Of a stretch of DNA of 64,000 nt, positions 1 to 13,384 are shown piece by piece (position 1 is the stretch's first letter; each line of letters opens with the position of its first letter). Under the pieces are notes generated by a model. That model ran no database searches and was not told the origin of the DNA. It saw nothing but the letters and a program-made list of their open reading frames with translations. The position numbers and the translations under genes were made by a program. This stretch comes from Octopus sinensis (taxonomy: Eukaryota): the NCBI RefSeq assembly GCF_006345805.1, contig NC_043002.1, positions 13,764,001-13,828,000 of the forward strand, read 5' to 3'.

Positions 1-291
1 TTTGTAAGATATTTGTTGTTTTTTTTTCTTCAATTTTTGCAATTTCAACCAATCACTGACGTCTGTTGAGGTAAAAGTATTCTGTGTCGTATGAATATGT
101 CCCTCGTTTAAGAGACAGATTGGGTTTATTTAGATTTGTGAAGAAATAAAGATACCCTTTCCCCACCCCTAACCCTAACCCTAACCCTAAAACATATTGG
201 AATGCAATAGATCGATACTAGGGTCATAATTATGGGTGACAGTTTCATATGACACCGCTAGAAAAAACTGCCGTTCAAACCGAAAAGATCC
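1..291. mobile_element. MITE with internal telomeric (CCCTAA)n, copy 1, truncated by the window start; Merlin-like
   Basis: Ends in TIR AAAACTGCCGTTCAAACCGAAAAGATCC; CCCTAA x4 at ~167-190; colinear with the copy at 32924-33365. Confidence 0.85.
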
Positions 292-1971
292 GACGAGTGT
301 TTTGGGAATGCCTGAATAATAGTGACACTAACTAGTAGGCTTGTGAAAAAATGCGAGGAAGAATTTAGGAAACTACCTATATTTTGATATAAGGATGAAG
401 TTCTGGATATCTGTTGCAAAATTACATTCTCTAGCATAATTTTAAGTATATAGAACGAGGGCAGAACAAATACATTTTCAAAAGAAGTAGTTATACTCTT
501 TTATTTTACGGCTGCGAAATATGGATTTTATATTTAATACTCATTTTAGAGACAGCTTATTTAGCAAAAATGTCATTGTCACAATTTCCATCTTTCTTGG
601 ATAGCTTGTGAGTAATGTTAAAAGCCTTGGATTTAGCAAATGCTCTATGAGTAAAAAGTCTTTTGCGACATAGCAGACAACGGTTGGCGGGTTGTGTTAA
701 TTATTCTATGAAAAACAATGTTGTGGCCAATGGCATCCTTACAAATCTAATATTTTGATACAATGCTGGACAATTCCAAGCCCTTTCACCATCCATACGT
801 TTGTGGCAGCCCGAGAGAATATAAAAGCCGGAAGTGTCATTAGTTAAAGTGGAAGGTAAATGACTAACTCAAAAGCAGTCTAACAAATAGCTCCCAAATA
901 GTCGTTCCACTGAAAGTGGTAGCAAATTCTGAAACGCTGGTTTTTATAACTGTACCCAGCAAACTAACTACAGAGGAGGAGATTATGAAGGAACAAACCA
1001 GAAGTGCAATGTATATATCAAATACTCAATTTTAATAAAACTTCATGATTATCCAGAGAAACAAGTCACACAGGACGAAATATCAAAGCAGGTGAAAAAC
1101 TAATCATGATTACTAACATGAAGTTATGTATTTTCAATAAGTATGATACATATGTGACCATTTTAATGAAATTCTGAGTCTGTTGCGCATCATGTATTTG
1201 ACGAAATAATACTGATTCTATACATACATACATCAACAAGTATTCGAAAGATTAGAATTACGACTATAAATGTGTTGGAAAAAGAAGGCAATTGTATTTA
1301 AGCATAAGTTCTTGAATTAGGAATAACTACGATGTTGGGTTTTCTGCAGAGACATATGTATAAGGTGTAAGAAAAGGATACATGTTCATTCCAGTTGGAG
1401 AGATACCTTACTGAAAGTGTATAAAGACAGACGTAGAAAAACAGGTTTTTCATTCATTAGTATTACAGTTAAAACATTGGAGCAAAATTAATCTAGAGTG
1501 GTTCATTCAATATGTTGGATAATATATTTTCGAAGAGTAGACTACAAGAGAAATAAAATGACAGAGATTTCACCATCCTTAATGCTTCGGTAGCTATATA
1601 ATTCATAAATGATTTTATACGTCTCTGCAGTGTTTTCACACCACACATTTTAAACAAGAAAAGCATTACGTAATGGATATTCAACTTTTGGTTATCCATG
1701 TTTCACCTTGATTAGGGCTAACAAGAGTAAAACGTTTACGAATTTTTGGTGTGAGATGTAAACAGGACATTACCGTGCTGCAGGAGATACCAACATATCA
1801 GCTGTGCAAAAATTACAATTCTTATATGACATGTTTCAAGACAAAACTGCCGAATTCGCGAAGGGCTTTTCGGATGACGCAATACACGGTTTGACTTTGT
1901 TTCTTCAGCCACGTTAATGACCAATGATATGCGTATGTTGCAATAAGAGAATACATTTGTTCTGTATTCTA

Positions 1972-2537
1972 TTGGGTTGTCGGGAAAGTTCTTGCCGATT
2001 TTTAAAGGAAAGAAAATGGTCAATAAATACTTGCCATTATATTCTTAATCAACCAAATATGAACCATTTCGTTGCACAATGCATCTCCATCTTTCTTTAA
2101 ACTTGAAAATACCCTTTTCCCAGAATTGAGGTGGTCTCATGGCAAAGAATTCATCAAGGTATCTTTTTACGTCATCCAAGAAATTGAAATTTTGACCATT
2201 AAGACTATTCTGCAGGGACCTGAATAAGTGGAAATCCGAAGGAGCAATATCTGGTGAATATGGAGGGTGGGGTGACACATCCTAGCCGAGCTTCAGAAAT
2301 TTTTGTCTCGTTTCCAAAGCATCAAGAGCGGAAAATGAACTTTCTTATCTTCCATTTTAAAGGGTTACAGAATTAATACAGGTTATAGGAACATAAACAT
2401 TCTTCCACGAAAAGATAGCTTAAACTGTGCTCTAAATTGCGGTGAAGTTAAATCCTATTTTATGGATTCAAACATGTTCTAAAATAAGTCGAAAGGTAAG
2501 CTACTATAAATCGGCATGAACTTTCCGAACAACCCAA
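1972..2537 (-). mobile_element. Internally deleted mariner transposon
   Basis: ~30-bp TIRs TTGGGTTGTCGGGAAAGTTCTTGCCGATTT / AAATCGGCATGAACTTTCCGAACAACCCAA with TA on both sides; ORF 2045-2278 has HPPYSPDIAPSDFHLFRSLQNSL and FWEKGIFKFKERW (mariner transposase C-terminus). Confidence 0.92.
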
Positions 2538-2813
2538 TAGAATAGCATTCAAACTTCTCTCTAATTACATTGTACAGTCTTTTATAAAAAGAAAAATAGA
2601 ATATGAAGAAAAATTCGATTGGATAATGTAGTCTGAAATATGTTATGCTTGAATATAAGCGGTCCTAGCCGGAGCGTTTTTCGTAATAAATGTATTTAAT
2701 GAAAGTTCAGTTGGGAATAAACAGCACCAACGACGACAAGAACATGACGACGGTGCCCAACATCATCAGTAACAAACCTTTCTATTATAAGCTCAATGCT
2801 GAAATTCTGGCGG

Positions 2814-3160
2814 AGGGCATTGGTCGATTACATCAACCCAAGTGTTTAACCGAGACTCATTTACTTATTTTATCGACCCTCAAAGATAAAAGGTAAAGAC
2901 TACCTTCACGGAATTTGAACTCAATTTAAAGACGGATTAAATGCTGTTAAACATGTTGTCCATCTTGCTAACGTTTCTTATTTCTTTATTGCCCACATAG
3001 AGGGGACAAACAAGGACAGACATAGGAATTAAGTCGATTCCATCGAACCCAGTGCGTAACTGGTACATATTTAAGCGACCCCAAAAGCATGTAAGGCACT
3101 TCTTATCGACCCCGAATTGATGAAAGACACCGTCGACATCAGCAGAATTTAACTCAGATA
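2814..3160 (-). mobile_element. Degenerate SINE, family C, dimeric
   Basis: Reverse-complement similarity to 36992-37408 (TCGACCCC...AAAG...GGAATTTGAACTCA motifs occur twice). Confidence 0.65.
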
Positions 3161-3172
3161 TAGGGTGTCGAC

Positions 3173-3226
<54 letters not shown>

Positions 3227-3269
3227 TAATAATAATAATAATGATAATAATAATAATAATAATAATAAA

Positions 3270-4085
3270 CGCAAAAGAAATAGACAAAGAAAAATCCCAG
3301 CAATGGTTGAGAAGCTCAGGACTCAAAGCAGAGACAGAGGGATTTTTAATTGCAGCACAAGACCAAAGCCCCCCCCAGAAATTACCAAAATCATGTAATG
3401 AAAAGAAATATAACAAGTAACTGCAGAATATGTGGAGATGGACAAGAAACAATAAATCATATTATCTCTAGCTGCCCAGTCCTGGCTAAGAAGGAATATA
3501 TTCACAGACATGACAGAGTTGGAACCTACATACATTGGAAGCTATGCCAACATTATGGAATAACAACAGAAAAAAGATGGTATAGGCACACACCAGAATA
3601 GGTCACAGAAAACGAGAAAGCAACCATACTCTGGGATATGCCGATACACACAGATAGAGAAATTAAGGCCAACAGACCAGATATAGTTGTCAGAGATCAT
3701 GAAGAAAAAAAATGCTTTCTAATTGATGTATCAATACCGGCAGATGACAACGTGTCTGTAAAAGAAATGGAGAAACTCTCAAAATACAAAGACCTGGAAA
3801 CAGAGGTAACTAGAATATAGAATCTGAAAACAGAAACAATTCCTATCATAGTAGGTGCATTAGGCATGATAAAAAAATATTCAGACAAATACATAACAAA
3901 AACACCAGGACTTACAAACACATATAACATACAGAAAATTGCACTACTAGGCACTGCACACATCCTACGCAGAACACTTTCCATACAATAACCATCAGAG
4001 CATCACAACAAATCACAGCACATACCCAAGGCACACAGAGCTGCGCTCGGTAGTGAAGTGAAGGCACGCTATAAAAATAAAACTA

Positions 4086-4088
<3 letters not shown>
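3270..4088 (+). mobile_element. 5'-truncated R4/Dong-type LINE (zinc knuckle + restriction-like endonuclease) within an (AAT)n tract
   Basis: WLRSSGLKAETEGFLIAAQDQ, CRICGDGQETINHIISSC (CCHC), RHD, RPDIVVRDHEEKKCFLIDVSIP, KLSKYKDL; frameshift and stops; (AAT)n on both flanks (3173-3268, 4089-4291). Confidence 0.88.
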
Positions 4089-4122
<34 letters not shown>

Positions 4123-4169
4123 TATAATAATAATATAATAATATGATGATGATGATGATGATAATAATA

Positions 4170-4207
<38 letters not shown>

Positions 4208-4224
4208 TGATGATGATGATGATG

Positions 4225-4264
<40 letters not shown>

Positions 4265-4301
4265 TAATAATGATAATAATAATAATAATAATTTCAAATA
4301 T

Positions 4302-4513
4302 TGCCACAAGACCAGCCATTTTGAGGTAGGGGATGAATCGATGACATCGACCCCAGTATTTAACTGGTACTAAATTTATAGACTTCGAAATGATGAAAAG
4401 CGAAGTCGAACACAGCGAATTCGAACACAGAATTTGAACTCAGAACGTAGCGGCAGACAAAATACCGTTAAGCATTTCGCCCGGAGTGGTAACGTTTCTG
4501 CCAGCTCGCCGTT
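4302..4513 (-). mobile_element. SINE, family C
   Basis: Reverse complement begins GGCGAGCTGGCAGAAACGTTA and matches the 36992 and 63671 copies. Confidence 0.75.
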
Positions 4514-5448
4514 TTAGAACCAATAATAAAACAAAACACGTAGCAGAAATGTGAAGCTTTGTACCAGTAAAGGAAATCACATATATTCTTCTCACCATGT
4601 GGCTCCATCTGCTGCTTCTGTTGCGCTTACTTTTCAATCAAAATACCGATGGTAATAATGATTATAAAACTAATGTTATTGTTATTGCTATAGCTACTAC
4701 TGCTGCTACTACCGCAGTTGTTTTTTGCTGCTGATGTTTGTTAAAAGAAAACCAGAAGAAAAAAAATCCAGCTGTAATTAAGCTTATATTATCTTTGTAG
4801 CGTATATTATGAGTTGATATAGGTAAAAAATATAAATGGAAGAAAAACGTATGCCTATGATAAGAAAAAATAAATAACAAGACAAATTATCCCATTCCAA
4901 CGGATTAGACTGTAAGAATTCGATATATCTTGGTAATGGATCGAAGTTTCCATTCAATGGTAGATTTACGATTGTCAATCGGACGGAGAATAAATCTTCA
5001 AGAACTGCCATGGAAAACGATATTTGTTCCCGGCGGATTACGTTTAGTATAAAGCTTATCAAGTCATTTTAGCTCCGTCTTCATTCATGTTGAATATAAT
5101 ATCCATTGTAAACTTGAAAAATCTATGTAATTCCACTACTGACTTACCACAGAGATAGACATACAGAAAAAAAAACCCAACAAAACAAAGTGAAAAGGAA
5201 AATATAAAAAATAGGAATCTTTGAGAAAAAAAGTGAAAAAGAATTCTTGCATCGTCTTGCATAATTTCCCTTCAATAAGAAGCTTAACCACCAGCAGAAC
5301 TACTCTTTAGAAGCAAGGAAAAGAAAATACTAAACTCTGATATCTGTCCTCTATACTGTATCTGTACTCTGTTGTAGGATATACAGTGCAGATAAATTTA
5401 TTTGCTGAATTATGCAATAAATATTGCACTCAAACATGAATACACCTC

Positions 5449-5843
<395 letters not shown>

Positions 5844-6239
5844 ACTCACGAGCGTACACTAACACACACACAAACACTCGCACACACATACAGAGTGAGC
5901 AAATGCTAATGAATAGACCAAACAAGTAACTAAATATTGTACAACCTGGTCATATTCTCAATTCCAAATTTTTAATCGAGGTAGATTTGTTCAGCAGAAC
6001 AAGATTTCACTATAAGAAACGGTTGTGAAAGGTATTTTTTTACATTATGTAATATCTTTATGTAACGTCTTATGTAAAAAAATATTATTGCTTGTCCATC
6101 TACATCCAGAGGGAAAAATTTAAGGTTTATGTATGGTGATCGTAATGATGTGAAAATGGAGTCGCTAAGTCAAAACGAAATTTCAGATTCAATCAATCAA
6201 TCAATCTAACTATATATGTATATATGTTAGTTAGTAAAT

Positions 6240-6470
6240 TTTTTGGCACAAAAAGCAAAAAGCAAGGCCATGTAGGGGGACATGGAGTTATGTACAGGGT
6301 GGTGTTCATGTAAAGAGTTCAGGCCACTTGTGGTCAAGGGAGACTTTGAACCGAGCGGTCGTCGGCATCCTCACCATCTCGACCGGCAGCTTATTCCACG
6401 GATCCGCAACCCGGACGAAAAAAGCCCCTCTCCTTCGATTGAGATGAAATCGTCGCAGATAGAGCTTTGG
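6240..6470 (-). mobile_element. CR1-clade LINE 3' fragment
   Basis: Minus strand translates RRRGAFFVRVADPWNKLPVEMVRMPTTARFKVSLDHKW, matching the CR1 ORF2 terminal F..RV...WN.LP...FK..LD motif. Confidence 0.75.
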
Positions 6471-6520
6471 TGTACACACTCAAACACACATATATATTTG
6501 AATATATATATATACACATA

Positions 6521-7189
6521 CAAAGGGTGCGAGGAGTAAATTGTCGCCATTTTGTATTTTCAATTTGGCGCATGTGCATTGTTTATTTCTGATTTTGTCG
6601 ACTACACAGTATAGTAGGTTCAGTTGGGCACCGCACGTGAGATAAACAGCAACATGACACAATTCACTGTCCCAAAAATTTGGAAACGACATGCTATACT
6701 GCTTGGCATTCGCACCGGAACCTCCAGTACGAATATTTCAGAGCGTTTGGGTGTCAATATGAAGATACGTACCGAGAGTGATAAAAATCAAACATACAGT
6801 CAACATCATGATGTTTGGTTTGATGATTAGTGATGGGGATGTCGTGCTTCTATTCGTCTTCCCACGCGGCCTCAGACCCAATTCACCTAAAATCTGGTCG
6901 TTTAAATCACCAGACTACAACTCCCTTGATTATTGTGTAGGGCGCAATTGAGCAAGAGACCAACAAAATTTGTAACACCTATGATGAAGTGAAGGCAAGT
7001 ATTATGACAGCATTCACCAACTTAAACAAGGAGACCATCCAGAAAATTTGCAGGAGATTCTGTTTTCGTCTGGAGGCCATGGCTGAAGCCAATGGTGACT
7101 TTATTGAATAAATTTACTATTTAGTATTCTAAGATATATATATTTTCATTTTGGCGTAATTTAGACGACAATGTATTCACCGCACCCTG
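6521..7189 (+). mobile_element. Tc1/mariner (maT/DD37D-like) deletion derivative
   Basis: Imperfect TIRs AGGGTGCGAGGAGTAAATTGTCG / CGACAATGTATTCACCGCACCCTG; remnants IMMFGLMISDG and WSFKSPDYNSLDY (cf. WPPNSPDLNPLDY). Confidence 0.7.
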
Positions 7190-7200
7190 TTTATATATAT

Positions 7201-7273
<73 letters not shown>

Positions 7274-7860
7274 GAAATGAAAAAAATTTTTGGAAATAAT
7301 TTTGGGAAAAAACTTTTTAAAAAATCTCTGAATAACTCTTGCAAGGGGAAATTACTCCCCTTAGGCGATTGGTCGGTTTTTTAGAAGCAAACGCTGGAAT
7401 TATATACCCTCCTAATTTTAGACAAGCAAGCCACAGACGGACACATGAACACAGAATTATTTCAGCCGCCTGACAGGCTTTTTTCAGCAGTGCTCATTAT
7501 CTAGCGCCCCTCGCCAACAAACGGCGGCGCACACATAGGCTAGTATACACATACATGCTTTTAGGTAGGTACTGTCTCGCCCCTAAAAAATACACCCTGT
7601 ATTCTTAAAATATCAGAACATTAGTTTTGGTCACACAGAACATCTCCACACCCCTTGTTCTCATTAATTCCTCACCTACTAGATTTGACCGCGGCCTGAC
7701 CTGGATTTATTCCAACGGACCCTTTGTCGGGCCCCCACCAACCCCCCGATTTCAACGTACATTGATAAACATTTACCCATGGGCTCTTAAGGAGCGTCCT
7801 CATTCGAATTGCTTTGTTGCGCCTCTGTTTTGTTTGTTCTGACAACGTAATTCCTGGTTT

Positions 7861-7940
7861 TTCCTGAAGAGAAAGCTGCAATATGGTATCCTTATTTAAT
7901 CAGAATTTGGAAAATTGTGGCCTTTGAAACATGTGTAGAA
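7861..7940 (+). ncRNA. Type I hammerhead ribozyme motif
   Basis: TTC-CTGAAGA-GAAAGCTGCAAT...ATTGTGGCCTTT-GAAA-CATGTG-TA-GAA; inside a ~700-bp insert (~7270-7998) between (TA)n tracts. Confidence 0.7.
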
Positions 7941-7994
7941 TGTAATAAAAAGAATTCTGTACAATCTTCGTTCAACTCCATTTCTTCCATTCAC

Positions 7995-8076
<82 letters not shown>

Positions 8077-8254
8077 AGGTGACAACTGATGAAGGGAGTG
8101 TTCTTTATGTTGCATGTCGCGTTTCTCATTCTGTCCTCTTTCTTTTTTGATGTCCTGTACCGATATATGCATGTATATATACGTGTATGTCTTGGTATGT
8201 ACATATATGTATGTATATATGCATATATTTATATATTTGCAATATTATATATAT

Positions 8255-9228
8255 ATATATATATAAAACTGAGAATATGTGTCTGTCTGTCTGTCTGTGT
8301 GTTTCCCTAAAACTTGAGAACTACACAACTAATTTCATTCAAATTTTACACATGCATTACTTAGGGTCCATGTAGTGTCATGGGCAAAAAAATGTTCAAC
8401 TTCTTGCCTAGGGCGAACCCATAGCAATATCATATCTTCTCCACTATGATTTCCTAAAACTTGAGAACTACACAACCAATTTCATTCAAATTTTACACAT
8501 GCCTTATTTAGGGTCCATGTAGTTTCTTGGGCAAAAAGAAATGTTCAACTTCTTGCCTAGGGCGAGCCCATAGCAATGTCATATCTTCTCCACTATTTCA
8601 GTATTACGCGTTAAAAGTGAAACAAAAACATTTGTCTATTTTATGTCAGATCCTTTCACTTTAATCTAGGATAACACCACCAAACGAAATTAAAAATTAA
8701 ATTAAAGAAAAGACTATTGTCTATAAAGTATACAATGTAGAGGAAAAATAAAAACTTTTTCACCTGGAGGAAAGCATCATTGAAAAGTGTCTTGGTGGGA
8801 CTATGAAAGACATCAAGTATCTAACCAGAGGCGGTAAATTCGCCACAATAGAAGCAAGGTTCGAGTCAACGGAACGTGCAAGGGAGTACTCGACTCGAAC
8901 CTTGCAAAGTGGAAATATTTTATTTTTACCTTTATATCTGGGACGTAGGACGTCCCGGATAAAAATTTAAAATATCCCCCCAGACGTAGAGGTAGGCTGG
9001 ATTGTAGCCACTCTTCTGTACAAGAGGGAGGACAAGATGCAATTGATCGAAATTGCAAGAGACGAGCCTACAATTCCAGTCTGTATTATATTTTGAGTAT
9101 TGTTATCACTAGCGATATCAAGATATAACTTTGTGTTTTGTGTTTTATGTGTAGATGTATATATATAGATGTACATGTAATATGTACACATATATACATG
9201 CACTGGCAACGCCGGGTCATAATGCTAG
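8255..9228 (+). mobile_element. Non-autonomous Helitron with an internal ~147-bp tandem duplication
   Basis: 5' ATATATAAAA..(GTCT)n; 3' CTGGCAACGCCGGG hairpin then CTAG|T; duplicated block 8302-8447 / 8450-8596; 5' end blurred by (TA)n. Confidence 0.7.
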
Positions 9229-9335
9229 TATATATATATATATAATAAGTGTAGGTGGTATACAAGTGGTTATATATTTATAAAAAAGAAGTTTGAAAAC
9301 GCCACTATATAAGATAGATTTTAATATTCTTAGAA

Positions 9336-9383
9336 ATTTTACGAGTTTCGGTTCTTCTTGAAAAAACGAACCTTATCAAAAAT
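9336..9383 (-). ncRNA. Degenerate type I hammerhead motif
   Basis: Reverse complement ATTT-TTGATAA-GGTTC...GAACC-GAAA-CTCG-TA-AAAT; stems intact, two core substitutions. Confidence 0.5.
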
Positions 9384-9549
9384 ATTTTTAAAAAGTAAGT
9401 GTAATAAAAAAGTTCATAATTGTTTCTTATTAGTCTCAACAGAGTCCACGTGGTGGTATTTTGTGTGTGTTGGGGAGCATAACAGCTGTCTTGTGTGTTC
9501 ACGAGGTTCTTTGGCTGGAGTTAGGGAAATATATATGTATGTATGTATG

Positions 9550-10076
9550 TACATATATATGTATATATTCTTTTACTTGTTTCAGTCATTTGACCGCGGC
9601 CATGCTGGGACACCACCTTTAGGCGAACAAATCGAGCCCTTGACTTATTCTTTGTGAGTGTATTACTTATTCTATGGGTCTTTTTGCCGAACAGCTAGGT
9701 TAACACACACCAGCATCGGTTGTCATATATATATATATATATAAATTTGTAGGGAAATATATGTAAATATATATTTACCTACACATTTTTTTATATACTT
9801 TTGCAACATTTCGTATATATGTATATATTCTTTTATTCTTTTACTTGTTTCAGTCATTTGACTGCGGCCATGCTGGAGCACCACCTTTAGGCGAACAAAT
9901 CGAGCCCTTGACTTATTCTTTGTAAGTGTATTACTTATTCTATGGGGTTTTTTTTGCCGAACAACTAGGTTAACACACACCAGCATCGGTTGTCATATAT
10001 ATATATATATAAATTTGTAAGGAAATATATATATATATATTTACCTACAAATTTTTTATATACTTTTGCAACATTT
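9550..10076 (-). repeat. ~270-bp tandem duplication containing the 3' half of SINE family B
   Basis: TTTTACTTGTTTCAGTCATTTGAC at 9571 and 9839; CATCGGTTGTCATATAT at ~9714 and ~9984. Confidence 0.85.
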
Positions 10077-10589
10077 CCTGTTTTTTTTTGTTGTTGACGG
10101 AATTACTGATAAAAGTAAGTTCATAATTTACTGACAGAAGCAACTTCAAAAATTTCACTTAAATCCGTGCCCTTGGTAAATTTCCCTAAAAATTTCTATT
10201 TTACCTTTGCAACGGTTTTGAGGTGTTCTGTTGTTAACGACTTTTTCCTCGTTCCTTCGATACTGGCTCTTTGGTTCACTGACAAATTTCACTTCATCCC
10301 ATACAATTCCTTATTTTCCGTAAAATGTTCATGTTTGCTTTCTGCCCGTCGTATTAAGAAATATTATTTACGTTACTCAGTTATTTCATTGTCTAGTATT
10401 GTCCTGGGGTCGATTTCTTCGACTAAAGTATGGTGTCCCAGCGTCGCCGCAATCAAATAACTGAAACGCGCGCGTAAAAAAAAATAGAAAAGAAATATGT
10501 TTTTTGTGTACATGTGTTTCTATATATGTATTCTTTTATTCCTTAACTTGTTTCAGTCGCATGAGTACTGCGGACTTGAATATGGATAT

Positions 10590-10633
<44 letters not shown>

Positions 10634-10689
10634 ATACATGTTTGTGTATATAAATACATACATACACATTGGTCAGAGATTTATTATTG

Positions 10690-10761
<72 letters not shown>

Positions 10762-10776
10762 TATATATATACAAAG

Positions 10777-10814
<38 letters not shown>

Positions 10815-11486
10815 TAAGATAGTGAGAAAGAGAACGAAAGAAAGAGTGAGAGAGAGAGAGAGAGTAAGAGCGAGAAGGAATAGTTACCATCCCCATCACT
10901 GTCATCTCCATGACATTCTGCCTTAACATCCCAATACATGAACTAATATATGGCCACGGTTACATACTATAGAACGATATATTTAATGGCAGACGGTCGA
11001 TTTATTTGTTGAGGTATTGCTTTCTCTCATTGTTCACATATTTACATATAGCATAGTAAATATAATAAAAGTTTTACAGACAGATGATAAATAGAAAAAA
11101 AAAACTGGGTAAATGGAAGAGGGCAATAGACGGAAACAGAGGCAGAGAGGAATTGGATGATAGACGTAAAAGCGAAGGGAATGAGATATAGCGAATGAAG
11201 GGAAAGGAAAAGAGGGCGAGAGAGAGAAAGAGGAAGGAAGATATAGTGAAATAGATAGAAGAATAAACAGGTTGAGAATGTGCGGTGCCAGATGGATGCT
11301 GTACAGTAGGTTGACTCACAGAAACAGACAAGGAGAGGGAAAACAATGCAGAAAATAATATACAGCGATTTCCAAGATTTGGTGCAATAGAATCTATGTA
11401 TGTTTGTAAGGAGAACGGTAAAGAAAAACAATATGAGAGAGAGTGAGAAGAATGAAAAGGAAACAGAGGAAGCGAGCGAAAGGGTC

Positions 11487-11525
<39 letters not shown>

Positions 11526-12465
11526 GTGTGAGAGAGAGAGATGCAATGAGACGACTTAGACGAATTGAGAGGCATAATAGAGTAGAGCGAGGGAAAAACC
11601 AGAGAACTGGACAGGCGAAATGAGAAAGAGAGCTTGAATGAGCGAGTGAGTGAGGGAGAGAGAAAGAGAGAGAGAGAGGGAGAGAGAGGGGAGAGAGGGA
11701 GAGAGAGAGATTTGTCTGCAAAAGATGGTGTGATCGTGTTTGAGAAAGACTTTGCATTTTCGATGTAGATAGTGATATATAATGTGAAATTTCAATAAAA
11801 GAATGGAAAATAGAAAAAAAAATAAATGAAAAAAATCAATGAACACAGAAGAAACAGAGAAGCGAGGAATTAATATGTGACAGAGACTCCCGAGGGTTAG
11901 GAGATAAAATCATACAGAAGTTAAGAGAATATTCTTAAGTAATAGATAGAACACTAGAAAGACACACCAAGTATATTTGTTAGTAAACGTGATAATGAAT
12001 TAGCTTGGCAGAACAGAATATGCTTAAAAATTAGTTGGGCGATGATCCGTTATTCCAAGGAAACTGTAATACTGGGTTAGTTACTATTGGTGAGGTGAAG
12101 AGGGAAGAAGGTAAACATTCAACTCCTTTATTTCTAAGAGTAAAGAAATGGGTAAGACTTACTGTGTTGCGAAAAAGGTAATAAAGTTTTGCAATTTATA
12201 TATATATATACCTTCGAAACACGGAGTAGATGAAGCAGAGGCGGCTGAAGAAGGGGAATTTTCCTTGTGTTGTATGTCTTTTACTCTGTTTTTATGTTGT
12301 TTAAGTAAATGTCCGTTTCCATTGTTTTGTTTTTATGTTTTCGTTTCTCATCGTGTTCGACGTTTTTTTTGGTGTCCTGTACCCATATATACATGTATAT
12401 ATAATATAGGTGTAGGTACGTACATATATGTATGTATATATGCATATGTTTTATTTATTATTTGT

Positions 12466-12515
<50 letters not shown>

Positions 12516-12935
12516 TATATAAGCCCTACCCACTTTAATGCTAGTTTAAGCAAGTGTAGGTTATTCTTGAGAAAATCGTATCTAATTATTAAATGTTTTG
12601 AGCCCAAAACACAATGAATTTTCTGATGTGGTCCCCTTTTGTAATCACAAGTTTTTCTAAACCTTCTTGAGTAAATACAAAAATAAAAATAAGGGTAAAA
12701 TTAAAAAGAGATATTTCAGAGGACCGCCTGAGCCTGGATCTAGAATTGAAGTTAAGTGGAACCTGCTGCAAATTCTTTCTCTTAATTTAATTATTGAAAT
12801 GGACAATGGACTAATCCTCACTTGAATCCACTAAATTCTGTCCAATTACTTTTGTCATTGAAAGCTATGTATTTTACTTCCATGCAACGTTTTGGAACAT
12901 ATTAACAAACAGTAATGTGACACCTTCGTAAGTTT

Positions 12936-13025
12936 TCTCCTGATGAAAATATCATTACCGTTTGATTTCCTTAATGGATTTACATTGACAAAGTAAGGCA
13001 AGATCCTTTCAAATAATCGTAGAAA
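12936..13025 (+). ncRNA. Degenerate type I hammerhead motif
   Basis: TCTC-CTGATGA-AAATATC...GATCCTTT-CAAA(for GAAA)-TAATCG-TA-GAAA. Confidence 0.4.
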
Positions 13026-13384
13026 TGCATTTGAACAGATTCTTTTCTGGTTATCACTTTGCACTTCATATTTATATTAATATTATTTTGGTTTCAATGC
13101 CTTAAATTTTTAGTCGCTTTTATTGTACATTAATTTAATCCATATATTTTTCTTCATTCGACTTCACTCGTATTACCCTTTGAGGTTTTATTCCCTTTTA
13201 ATCATATATATGTGTATATTATATACTATCGGGTTTTACGTTTGCGTGCCTTAATGTTTTAATACACACACACACATATATATTTATATTTGATTTATAA
13301 TAATATGGGGGTGTTATAAAGTTGTGTTGACCAATTAGAGCGTTTATTCATTATACCTTTCAACTTATGTATCTATACAGAGAG

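Noticed and set aside
167-190. CCCTAA repeats as a chromosome end or fusion site
   Set aside because: Only a few units, and they are internal to a TIR-bounded MITE seen three times
11040-11900. GA-rich block with long minus-strand ORFs
   Set aside because: Low-complexity purine tract; the Leu/Ser/Phe-rich ORFs are compositional
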